A stretch of DNA of 64,000 bases, taken from the human T2T-CHM13v2.0 reference genome, Homo sapiens. The stretch is taken from NCBI RefSeq assembly GCF_009914755.1, contig NC_060925.1; one strand, given 5' to 3'. Positions 1 through 11,368 of the stretch are shown here, piece by piece (position 1 is the stretch's first letter; every line of letters begins with the position of its first letter). The position numbers were made by a program, and so were the translations under genes. A model generated the notes under the pieces. The model was not told the origin of the DNA. It did not search any database and saw nothing but the letters and a program-made list of their open reading frames with translations.

Positions 1-567
1 TGTGTCCAAGTGTTCTCATTGTTCAATTCCCACCTGTGAGTGAGAACACGTGGTGTTTGGTTTTTTTGTCCTTGCAATAGTTCGCTCAGAATGATGGTTT
101 CCAGCTGCATCCATGTCCCTACAAAGGCCATGAACTCATCATTTTTTATGGCTGCATAGTATTCCATGGTGTATATGTGCCACATTTTCTTAATCCAGTC
201 TATCATTGATGGACATTTTGGTTGGTTCCAAGTCTGCTATTGTGAATAGTGCTGCAATAAACACACATGTGCATGTGTCTTTATAGCAGCAAGTTTTATA
301 ATCCTTTGGGTATATACCCAGTAATAGGATGGCTGGGTCAAATGGTATTTCTAGTTCTAGATCCTTGAGGAATTGCCACACTGTCTTCCACAATGGTTGA
401 ACTAGTTTACAGTCCCACCAACAGTGTAAAAGTGTTCCTATTTCTCCACATCCTCTCCAGCACCTGTTATTTCCTGACTTTTTAATGTTCACCATTCTAA
501 CTGGTGTGAGATGGTATCTCATTGTGGTTTTGATTTGCATTTCTCTGAGGGCCAGTGATGACGAGCA
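1..567 (-). mobile_element. 5'-truncated L1PA (LINE-1) fragment: ORF2 C-terminus and start of 3' UTR, continuing off the left edge
   Basis: Minus-strand translation gives [21 protein letters not shown]...[18 protein letters not shown]...; a frameshift near 235 (FTIA|DLEPTK); L1 similarity stops abruptly at ~567. Confidence 0.95.
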
Positions 568-2380
568 ATTTGTTAAATTCAGGGTGGTGGCAACTGCCTG
601 AGAGAGATGTATTAAGGACTCTGGGAAACTGCAAGTCACAAAGCCTGCTGTGTGGAACAGAGAGGAGAGAGGGACAAGAGGTGAGATTCTCCAACTTCTT
701 CCTCCCCCAGACGCAGGCTCATGGGTACCAAGGTGCTTATGTGCTGTGAGTGGAGGAAATATTTCTTCATTGACTACAGTGTAGTCAGTCTGTCCTGTAC
801 CATGAGAAAGGATGGAACTCTTTAAAATCCATTCCACATAGTAGTGAATGAAATGTATTTGACTTGGTTCTTTGGCCCACAAAATTGATGTTTATTTCCA
901 TCCCATGTGGCTACCTGTGGCAAAGCAGCAAGACTACTTTAAGAAAAATAGCTTTAAGGTTGGACTGGAAACCCCAAGTGAAGTTCAGTACTTTGAAGTT
1001 CTTGTGGACAAAAATCTACACTGTGCACCTGAGGGACAAAGTAAAAAGGTTACCATCTCCTACTCCTCTTTGTTGAATAACCATCCTCATCTCCAATCTA
1101 TTTGAGTTTTCAGAGAGATTTTAAAGGGATAGAAGGCCCTTGCAAGGCCTCCGAACCCCGAGACCAAAGTGCCAATAATTGTAAAGAGAAAGGTATATAT
1201 TGAAGAAAACCTTAGCAAACATGTGGCTCTAATGAAAAGTGTCTTTGTGGGGAATTGCTGCAATGAGACTCCAGACTATTTACCTAAAATATATAGATCC
1301 TGTTTTTTAGCTGCTAAAGCTTGTCTTTTAATTGCCCATCAAAATGTTCAATTATCACCATGCCTTGTGGGGGTACAGAGCATAGAGGGTTCACCTGCTC
1401 CAAGATTGAGCCCACTGAAGTGTTGCTTAAGTCACGAATCTGGAATTGTCTTCATGTGAAGTGTGCTCAGGAAATTAAAAAAATCAAGAAACAAATATGA
1501 TTATATAAGGCCTACATAGTGTGGCCAGAGCAAGTGGAATGCACAGGAACAGCTAGGCTAAAACCCAGAGAAACTATCAACAGCAGTCAGAATCCCGCTG
1601 AACCTGCTGGATGGGGCAAAAGGCCTAATATAGCCTACTTGCTAAGAACGTCCTTGCTTTTTGGCTCAAGAAATTTGTCCCTGGGAAGTGTTTTTGGCCT
1701 TAGCCAAGAACTGGCATATGGGACAGCTTTTCCATGTTGTTTCAATGTCTTCTGAGAACACTGCCAGCCTATGTGTACAGGCCCAGTCCAGAATGATGTC
1801 TGAATTCCCCGGGCCTTCTCATGACTCCGGGAGGTGATCAGTTACACATCTTGGTCTGGAGTAGAGGACATTTGCATTTAAGTCTTTACATTTAGTTGAC
1901 AAGTGTGATTGTTTATTGGTAATTTCTCCCCTCATTAGTTTAGGAATTTTCCTGGTAAGTATCAGCATGGCTTAAAGAAAGCTTTCTAGGACCATAACTG
2001 TGTTTTCACCGAAATGTCTCATCCCTACAAGACAGCTTGTTTTTCATGATAATCTAAGCCTTGCTAGTGGCTTGACCAAATGACCAAGCCATTCATCATA
2101 TGACTCAGTGAAAATACATCAGGGATCCTCTGTTGGGGTGGCCTGGATGAACTTCTGCCCATTATGATGAGCATCTCTCACCATGTTAAGTAACGGACAG
2201 ATCTCTCTCAGGTTGGGTAGCAGCAACATTCCATTCCAGCCCAGCAGAACTGAACAGAGATGAGCCATCAGTGAACCAGGTCAATGTGTGGTCCAGGAGG
2301 TTATATATCTGGGTTCCCATTTGGCCAATGGAGGCAGAGACACCTCAGGAAATATTTAGGGGAGACAGAGGGATACTTCT

Positions 2381-2856
2381 TGTGAAGCATGTTCACTCCC
2401 ATGCTCTGCTTACCAACTTGGCTGAGTCTAGTGAGACAGAACATCTACACACACAACAAATTACATGAGGTAGTTTTATTACTTACAGATAAGTAGTGAG
2501 AAAAAATAGAAGACTGGGACTTATTGCCAGCCAGCCCTCCAAGGCTATGGAAAGCTGCCTGGGGCAGATGGAATTTTGCCTGCACTTGCCTTACTTGCAC
2601 CTCATCTGAGTGGGGCTGCAAGTAGAAAGCAACCCATATTGCAGTTTTATATTTCTGGATTATGGGACATGCTGAACCAAAGCGTTTAGGACATCCTGTT
2701 CTGGGGTAATTGGAACAGAGCCTGGGCTGCTATTGTCATTCCTTTCCTATCTCAGGTTGGTACATTCTCAGCACATTCCACAGCTATTTCTGAGAACTGC
2801 AAGTGAGAGATGGGGAAGCTAGATCAGCACAAGGCCAGCTGGAGAATGGTCCTGTA
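2381..2856 (-). mobile_element. Solo ERVL LTR (LTR47/MER74-like) inserted in the ERV pol remnant
   Basis: ~476 bp; minus strand ends ...CATGCTTCACA; 5-bp TSD CTTCT at 2376-2380 and 2857-2861. Confidence 0.75.
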
Positions 2857-3844
2857 CTTCTAAAACTTTCTCATGGAGCTGTGGGACACCAACTAGGCTA
2901 GGCTTTGTTATGAAAACTTCTTGAGCTGGCTTCGCTCTGCAATTTGAGACCCTTGTTTGTACCCATGACATGGATCTCTAGTCTTAAGATTCCTTCATGG
3001 CCATTAGTTATGTGCTTAGTACCTATCAAGGTCCCATAATGGGCCAATAATTATCTCTTAAGAAGTATGTACCTTTTAGCTGACTCAAGGTCCTTATAGG
3101 TCCAAGTGGGCACCTCTAACCTGTGGCAGTCTTTTGCCTTTGGTGAACTGAGAGGATGCTGAGATCTGTAACTCAAATGACAAGTGTATATATGTGGAAA
3201 GCAGCAGAAGGGCATTCTGGATAACCAGCTGGAGGGCTTGGAGAGAATCCTGCTGGTCGGGGCCTCTGTTCAAAGGTAGCAGTTTTTCCAGTAGCCCTGT
3301 ATATGGATGCCATCAAGATCCCTGCATGCTAAATGTGAGAACTCCAGTAGCTCAATAGCTCCACCAATCTCTTTATTTGTTGGGTAGGGAAGGTTAAAAT
3401 TTTGGCAATCATTCCCTCTGGAATGTTCTTTCCCAGATTATAGTCACAAATTTTACTTATTCGGTTCTTGTATTTTGTCTGTATTAGCGGCCTAACTGTA
3501 TTGTGGCATGTGAGTTAAAAGAGTATCGAGTCCTTATTGAATGGTGTCCTAGGCCCACCAGGAGAATGTCATCATCACAATGGGAAGTCAGTGTTTCCTA
3601 CATAAGTGGCACTTATTTTGAATCTTGATCTACCCATAAATTTCAGATAGCCAGAAAATTTATAGAGCCTTTTGGAAGGAAATTATAGGCGTATTGGACA
3701 CACTACACATGAAGGAAAATGAATTCTGATCATCCAAGTAGAGAGGGATGCCAAAAAGGGCATTTGCAATATCAATTTCTGCATAGCAAGTTTACTTTGC
3801 TTGGGCAGTATCTTCTTTAACAGTTACAGTGTCAGCTACATATT

Positions 3845-3912
3845 TGTATTAGCCAGGATTCTCTAGAGAGAAAGAATAGGATGGATAGATGGATAGATAG
3901 ACAGATAGATAC

Positions 3913-3969
<57 letters not shown>

Positions 3970-4480
3970 CAGACATATGAGAGGAGATTTATTAGAGCAA
4001 TTGGCTTACATAATTATGGATGCTGAGAAGTCTCACAGCAGTCCATCTGTAAGCTGAAGATCCTGCGATACCAATGGCATGGCTCAGTCCAAATCCAAAG
4101 ACCTTGGAACCAGGGAAGCTGATGGCATAACTCTCAGTCTGAGGCTGAAAGCCTGAGAATCCAGGAGTTCAAAGGCTAGGAAATCTGAGCTTTTGACATC
4201 CAAGAATAAGAAAGGTAGAGTGTATCCCAGTTCAAGCAGACAAATAGACACATTAACATTTTATCTGTTTGTTGTCGTTGTTGTTTTTCTCTTCGGGCCC
4301 CAAGCCAATTGGATACTGCCTGCCCATATTAAGGGTGGATCTTACTCACCTTGTCCACTCAGATTCACAAACTAATCTCATCTGGAAACACTTTCACAGA
4401 CACACAAAAAACTAATGTTTTTCCAGGTTTTTAGGTATTCCTTAATCCAGTCAGGTTGACACTTAAAATTAACCATCATA
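3845..4480 (-). mobile_element. MLT2B-type solo LTR (HERV-L LTR family) inserted within the RT remnant
   Basis: Termini match MLT2 (minus strand TATGATGGTTAATTTTAAGTGTCAACC... / ...GGCTAATACA); internal GATA repeat at the usual simple-repeat position. Confidence 0.85.
3881..3975. repeat. (GATA)n tetranucleotide microsatellite
   Basis: Pure (ATAG)14 at 3913-3968 with GATG/GACA/TACA variant units on the flanks. Confidence 0.97.
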
Positions 4481-5544
4481 GCATTGCAGGCGCCAAACAC
4501 CCCACTAGTACTTTGAACTATCTATTATCAATGGTGACTATCTAGGTGCCTAAGGCCTTTTCACAGGCTAGAAGGAATGATGGAATGGAAAAATACCGTG
4601 GTCTTACCGAGAACATTGGCTTCTTTACCCTCAACAGTGAAGGAAGTTATTATTTTTTCTCCCTTAGGCCACCAATACTGTTTCTGAGAGACAGTAGCAC
4701 TAGGAATATGTATGAGGATAGGTTCATGATGTTGCATATGCCTCAATATAAGGGTCCTAATCAAAGCAATTTCTATCACAGTTGGGGATGAAGGCAAGCA
4801 GGAGTGAGTTTGGACAGGACATCTCTACATTCAGTATAGAGGGCCATAAAAATGGAAGTTTGTAAAGGCTCTAAGGAAGCTATTCATAGTCAGGCTTGAG
4901 TAATGGTCCCAGTAGAGGTAGTGACTTCAACTTCCAAACCAGAAAAGTGATCTGTTTTACCCTTATCTTGGTGCCAGGGGTTGTGGAGACCATAGTCGTC
5001 TGTGTAGTGGTATCTAAGAGGCCCAACAAGTACAATCCTCCACAACCTCCCCATTGAACTCAAACCTTGGCGGAGGGCCTTCCGTCCTCCTGGGAACAGA
5101 GTTACAACAGCCAACCCCTGGTCCTTTTTATTTTAGAAAACCAAGACATCAAAGTAAAAGTTGCCAAGGCTCCTCCAATTCATCTCCAGATTCATCAGAA
5201 GAAGGGTCGGAGGAAATCGTACTTGTATTAGACATAAGGATCATCACCCTAAGGACTCTGGCGGGGCCATCTGTTGCACTTTTTGCACCCAGACCTAGCA
5301 CTGAGGTTCATCAACCTCCTCTTTTGAGTCCTGGTGTTTGAGAAATCAGACACAGAGCTCTCTTTGGAAAGTCCTTGGCCAGATATTCCAGGAGGGGGCA
5401 CTCAATTACTATTTTTACCTCGTTCTTCTGTTGGTCAGTTTTTGCTATGTTGATACTAGAGGCCTTCTCCATGACACAGAATTTGCCAGTTAAGATCGGG
5501 TTGTTTCACGGACCAATTGCATTGACTTGGATTAGTGAATAATA

Positions 5545-5725
5545 GTAGACAATAGCTAAAAGATCCAGGGTTTCTTTGTTAGGTAATGGAAATGTTCTAA
5601 AATTCACAATCATATGGTTACGTATACCTGCGTATATACTAAAACATTGAGCGATACATTTTTAAATGGGTTAATTGTAATTATGTAAATTAAATTATGT
5701 CTTAATACATCTACTATAAAAAAGA
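5545..5725 (+). mobile_element. Old L1M 3' end fragment
   Basis: ggtaatggaaatgttctaaaatt...atacatttttaaatgggttaattg...atgtaaatta resembles L1MB/MC/ME 3' termini. Confidence 0.6.
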
Positions 5726-6234
5726 AATGCTAGATGAAGAATTGGAGATAGAGAGAAAAGGCAACTATTTTCTGGGATTTTACAATAAAAAAACTTAATG
5801 GGGCTAGAATTAGAGGAAATAATGTAATTGGGAGGATTTTTGTTTGTTTGTTTGCTGTTTTTTGAGGCTTTTTTTAAAGGTAACATATAATAGAGAGGAA
5901 AAGAAGCAAAAAAAACCATGGAGGATATTGTTTAAGTACTGAAAACAGCATTTACATATATTTAACACAGATAATGGCTTTTTAATGAATATATTAGAAA
6001 ACTTAGCTGTTTCTTGCTTAAATGAGTATCCATTTAACTTGTAGTAACTTGAGCTAATAAAGACAGGTATATTCCTACTTATTTTATTCAGACCATAGCA
6101 ATATGCAAATATAATTTCATCTTGGCTCCTATACTTTTATTCATACTATAATCTACATAGTTTCTCACACCAAATAAGAATACCAACAAGGCTTTATGTT
6201 CTTTCATACCCTTATATGAAATTAATCTCTAGAT

Positions 6235-6882
6235 TCAGCTAGTTTTACCTTCTAAATATATCTCCAATCCTTTCTCCCCTTTCCATTTCTTCTGACACTG
6301 TCTTAATTCAAGTCTTCAACATATTTCAGTTTTGGAAAGGGCTTCTATCTGTTTCTCCTGGTTCTTCCTCTTTAACTCATCCTTTGGATTGCTTCAAGAG
6401 TGACAGTTTGGAAGGAAAAAAATGACTCCTCTGTCTCCTGACTGAACCCCCTTAATTGCTCCATGTTTCCTTCCAGAGAAAGTCTAAATAACCTAGGGTG
6501 CTGTGAGGTGGTCCTGGCTACATCAGCAGGATTATCTCAGCTGTATCCTACATCCACATTTAATCATCAGATGGTTCCATTCTTCTCTAACTGCCAAATA
6601 CTATTTCTTACCCCTTCCTGAATAGTTATAATCTCTTATGCACTTCAAAAACTCCCATCCGTCTTTCTAAATGCAGGTTAGAAATGACTACAAGAATATG
6701 TTATCTGACCCTTCTACTGTTACAGTCAAGGAATTTCACTTTCATTTGCTTGCGTATCTACGTTTCCAACTAGCCAATGAATACCTTGAAAAAATGTTTT
6801 TTCTCATTTATTTCTACATCTGCAGTACTGTGCACAGGGCTCAGATTTTAAGAGAAGCTCCATCTATATTTATTAAATAATG
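6235..6882 (+). mobile_element. L2 (LINE-2) 3' fragment
   Basis: ttttaccttctaaatatatctccaatcc... matches the L2 3' region; ends in a degenerate L2 tail. Confidence 0.65.
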
Positions 6883-7045
6883 AGGGAGAAAAAAGTAAAT
6901 AAATATATGAAAAAACTAAAAATGAATAGACAAAGAGCTTTTAAAATTTAAATAAGTATACTTGTTTTAAGCCTGACTTCATGAACTGGGTAAGATATAT
7001 CTCATATATCATTGTTATTGATGTTTGAATTTGTGACTTGTATAC

Positions 7046-7544
7046 TGAAGAGTAGCAGGATATGCCACTCGTATGCTCTTTTTGCATAAGGATCATTTTG
7101 GTCTAAAGGCACTTAAAAAACAGCAGATTCATAAAATACCTTCTGACTTCCCCTTTTCCTCCTGAAAGTAGAAGATAAAACCCCCATGTGAGAGATGATG
7201 TCTCCCCATACCAGGAGGAAATAAACATTCTTATCACCAGACACAGGGAATCGAGAACAAGAGAATTCTCTAAAAATAGACCTTGTTAAAATAAGTCTTA
7301 TCTTCATTTAGCCTCCTCTTACACTGTATTTAAGCTTTTTTTTCACTATTGCTTTCTTTGTTCAACCTAGCATTAAAACATTTAGGTTTTGCCACTTCTT
7401 TGAGTCTCCATTTCCTTATGAAGGCTACCATATTATGCAAAACTTATATTAAGTAAATCTGTATTTTTTTCTGTTAATCTATTTATGTCAGTTTAATTCT
7501 CAGGCCCAGATGAAGACCCCAAGAAAAGTTTTACCTCCTGTATA
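7046..7544 (+). mobile_element. MER34-family solo LTR (ERV1)
   Basis: Starts TG; caggatatgccac...tttgcataaggatcatttt characteristic of MER34; 4-bp TSD ATAC at 7042-7045 and 7545-7548. Confidence 0.8.
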
Positions 7545-7949
7545 ATACCTTAACCTGCCTTTGTCTTTCTCTGCACTAAATTTCAAAGTTATTAGAACTT
7601 AGTTGTGAATTCAAAGGATATAAGGACCTTACAAAGCAAATTAAATATTCTGAACAGGTTTATTTAAGATAGAAATAATTGTTGTTCAGAAAGATGGAAT
7701 GAATGAGATTCAGGAGGTCTATGAGCATCTTAGAATTGTATACATAATGTGAATCGCATAAGTGAGGGAAAAATTTAAGATTTGATACAACACAGAAAGA
7801 ACTGTTCCCAAAGAAGCTTATAATTTGGAAATTTAACTACTAAAATCAATAAACTAAGCCATAAAATTTCATCAAAATCTGCTCTATTTATTACTGTAGA
7901 GGAAAAACACCATAAAACATATTAATAGTTATTAATAATTGACACACTA

Positions 7950-8471
7950 TATAGTTTGGTATGCACATTCCTTGTGAGTTAACTGGACTCAGATGGACAG
8001 TTCTTGCTTGGAGTACCTCATGCAGTTCCATCAGATAGCTGCAGGCTAGAACCATCTGAAGGCTTAACTGGGCTGGACATTGAAGATGACTCACTCACTT
8101 GGCTAGAAGACTGAGAGATCATCTGGAAATGTCAACCAAAGCACCGACATAAACCCTCTCCATTGAACTTAGGTTTTTCACAGTATGGTGGCTGTATTAA
8201 GAGTGACAGTATCCCATGCACAAATGTTCCAAATGTGCAAAATGTTCTAAATGTACAAAAGCTGCCAGTCTGGTTTGGAGTAAACCTGAACCACACACAT
8301 TCTTCCCCTCTGTATTCTATTGGTCTAGACAATCATCAGACCCTCCAAGAGTCAAAAACAGAGAGAAATAAACTTGACTTTTTGGTGGAGAAGGGGCAAA
8401 ATCAAACTGCCAAAGAGAGTGTGGAATGGGAAATACTGTTGTGGCTACTCCTGGGTGATACAATCTGCCAA
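7950..8471 (-). mobile_element. MLT1 (MaLR) LTR, old subfamily
   Basis: catctgaaggcttaactgggctgga...aagatgactcactcac and tattctattggt motifs of reverse-oriented MLT1. Confidence 0.7.
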
Positions 8472-8774
8472 TATTTGCAATTAACTGAGAACTTCAGAAA
8501 AGCTAACTAATGCCTTAGGTAGGTTACTTACACTGAGACAGAAGGCAAAGAAAGAGAAAGACAAAATGGCAGAGGAATTTGATGTGAAATACCACTAGAA
8601 TTGAAACGCAAGACAAAATATTTAAAATCCTATAAGCAATATTAAGGATTTTGCATCTTATCAAAAATTAATGAGAATCTAAAAGTCTAAAGCAGATTGA
8701 TAACATTATAAATGTGTATGTATATAATTTGAAAATATATGTTTTCATATAAAAATTTTATAGTTGTATATATT

Positions 8775-8997
8775 GGCTAAGCACTGTGCTATGAATTAAT
8801 CAATTATCTAAATATTAGAACTATAACAATAATGTCAGTCAGAGAGGTACTAAAATTGAGACCATTATACAACTGAGAAAATTGAGGCTCAGTTACACTT
8901 AAAAAACTTACTCATATTTACACATTTAGTAAATATCAGGGCTGAAATATGAGTGAGTCCTGGACAGGTGACTCCAGCACAAGATCACTTAGCCACA
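8775..8997 (-). mobile_element. MIR SINE
   Basis: Core gagaaaattgaggctcag; flanks aagcactgtgcta and gactcca...cttagccac. Confidence 0.7.
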
Positions 8998-9097
8998 AAT
9001 TTACAAGTATTTTTCACAGCAGCTGAGCTTGCTTTCCCTAAACACACCCCCCGTTGAAAGGGAAGATAAAGCCTCACCAGTAAAAAAAAGAATCCAG

Positions 9098-9405
9098 CGG
9101 GGTGATGAGCCTTCTCCTCCCTCTGAGGTGGGAAAAATGCCTCAAGATAGAGCTAGTTTCCAATCCAAATGTTGTTTCCTAGAATAAACTTTTAAAACCA
9201 CGAGGGCAAGAATTTGTTGAAAACCCTCATTGAAACACCTTAACATCTCCCCATGGAAGCCAAATAAAAGCAAAATGAGTTGAAGTAAAGTAAGTAATCT
9301 CATGAACAGACACAAGTACTGCAGCACAGCACGTAAGGTGGGCAAGAAGAGGAGGACAAGAGGCTCTTCATGGTAGCAGCCCAGTCTGGGGAAAATCAGA
9401 GCTGA
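9098..9405. repeat. Inverted-repeat arm A (partner 11065-11368); family not recognised
   Basis: Reverse complement aligns end to end with 11065-11368 at roughly 80% identity by hand, with an exact 35-bp core (9293-9327). Confidence 0.9.
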
Positions 9406-10835
9406 GACAGCTCCTCTGTCTTTGTGGCAGTGCCAATAGTAATCTATCAGGGGTAGTTGCTGCTAAACTCAGAAATGAAGGAACAGAAAACCAATCTGAA
9501 TTCACACTGGAATATGATCACCTCATTGAGATGGGGTTCTGACTTCAGAGCACAGAAACTGAGATCACACAATCTTGGGGCAATGCCATAGATGGAAACA
9601 ATAATGGCAGGAGAAGGGGAGGCAGTTGATTAGTCCAAAGAATGGACTGCCCTCATACTCTCTGGATTGTTTGTTCTGGTGTTTGAGGGAATTTTTGCTC
9701 CAGCCACTCAATTTGTCTACCATTCTCCTCTATAAAGTTGGTGCCATTATTAGGTCAGGAAAGAGTAAATATCACAGAAGATATCTCAATGCAAGCCCAA
9801 CACACTTGAGTTAAATCTGTCACAATTAATGTTTGAGGAAGCTTCCTATGTCTTGAAAATAGTACCTTCCATCATAGAATTAGATGAACTTGGATTCCAA
9901 ATTAGTGAGAGGAAGGCATTATTCTTTTGCTTTTCATTCTCATTATCATTTTATACTTAGTAATTCATGATCCACTTGCCATGAAAACCACCAATAATTA
10001 ATAGGAAGGTGGCAGGGGGTATCTTTGTCTCTTTCTTGTTCACTCATTTCCTGTTCTCTGAACACAATTCCAACTTTATTATAGAGATTTCTAAGAAGTT
10101 TACTTCATATTACAGAAAACTTTAATTTCCTTTCAAAAATATATGGTGAACCATTTTATCACGTGATAAATCTGATCTTTTATATAAGTAAGTATTTTAT
10201 TTAAATATTGGTCACCAAAAAATGATGAGTGATTACGTCAGTATGCAAAAGTATGCTACTTTTGAAATCATAATAATGACTGGCATTTTGACCACTATTT
10301 GAATTAATTATGCCCTTATACACCCATTTATTAAAAACAATAAAATCATTTTATTATAATATATACTTTTTTATATAAGTATATTATTCAATTAATAAAA
10401 TAAACCTTTAGGGATTCAACATTCTATTATTTTATATAAATACAGAATATGAAATAAAATTTAATGTCTATTCAGGGAGCTAAAATGACAGGAATTATTC
10501 TGACAAGCAAACTAAAAAAATGTTTTCTCTCTGGGAGAAGAATTCCTTTTAAAATTTGAAAAATTACCTTAAAAATACATAACTAATTTGCATATTACTT
10601 GTTATTTAACTTTGTATACTGACACATAAATTTCAGAAAGGTATTGGTAGCCATTTAGTCCCAAAATTTGTTCCTTTTTCATTTTCAGTTTCATTTCAGG
10701 AATCTGAAATAAGTACATTAACATAAAACAAATATAAAAAAAGAAAAAGGGATTATTTTATTTAGTATTACATTATCTCTGTTCAAATACTTGAAAGTAA
10801 TAGTAACGCCATGCTTCCTAAACCGGAATACATAT

Positions 10836-11063
10836 TATGGTAGGCAGAATTCTAAGCTGTACTTTTGATTTCCACCCCTTCACTTCCATGTTGCTGTGTA
10901 ATCCTAACCCTTTAGTGTGGGTGACACTTATAACTTGCTTCTAACCAAATTAATATGGCAAACGGCAAAGGAATTTTTCAGATGTAATATCCTTCCCTTG
11001 TTTATCAAAAGGGAGATTATTCTGGGCAGGCCTTACCTAATCAGATGAGCCCTCTAAAAAAAA
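10836..11063 (+). mobile_element. MLT1E-type LTR, 5' half only
   Basis: atggtaggcagaattctaag...atcaaaagggagattattctgggcaggccttacctaatcagatgagccct; similarity stops at the start of arm B. Confidence 0.8.
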
Positions 11064-11064
11064 T

Positions 11065-11368
11065 TCAGCTCTGCTTTTCCTCAGACTGGGCTGCCGCCAT
11101 GAATTGGCTGTTGTCCCCTACATCTTCCTCACCTTGCGTGCTGCAGTACTTGTGTCTGTTCATGAGATTACTCACTTCATTCTACTTCAAGTCATTTGCT
11201 TTTATTTATCTTCCATGGGAAGGTGCTAAGGTATTTTAGTGAGGGTTTTAAAAAAGTTCTTGCTCTCACGGTTGTAAAAGTTTATTCCAGGAAGCAACAT
11301 TTGGATGGGGAACTAGCTCTAGCTCAACACATTTCCCCACTCAAAGGGAGAAGACTCACTGCCCCCCT
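11065..11368. repeat. Inverted-repeat arm B (partner 9098-9405)
   Basis: Exact core 11138-11172 gtgctgcagtacttgtgtctgttcatgagattact; ORF-track peptides on opposite strands share LQYLCLFMRLLT and KVYSRKQHLD. Confidence 0.9.

Larger units (their letters stand above)
870..5510 (-). mobile_element. Decayed class III (ERV-L-type) endogenous retrovirus internal region (protease/RT/RNase H/integrase remnants)
   Basis: Motifs read on the minus strand in retroviral order: VSQKQY (ORF 4561-4797), RT EIDIANALFGIP (~3745-3779), HCDDDIL (YxDD-like, ~3563-3583), RNase H WFTDGS (~2262-2279) and NGLVIWS (~2070-2097), integrase QVGYIRP (~1620-1641) and LTAVDSFS (~1567-1590). Many stops and frameshifts; exact family not determined. 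Confidence 0.85.

Noticed and set aside
190-882. 230-aa minus-strand ORF
   Set aside because: Chance fusion of flanking sequence to the truncated L1 ORF2 C-terminus; frameshifted near its end; no initiation evidence.
3845-4480. MLT2 as the cognate LTR of the surrounding ERVL pol
   Set aside because: It interrupts the RT coding region rather than flanking the internal sequence.
8219-8260. Four 9-bp imperfect repeats (AAATGTxC), plus short duplications near 19702-19736, 54251-54287 and 57423-57485
   Set aside because: Short slippage-type duplications in AT-rich DNA; no repeat-spacer architecture, so not CRISPR-like or otherwise informative.
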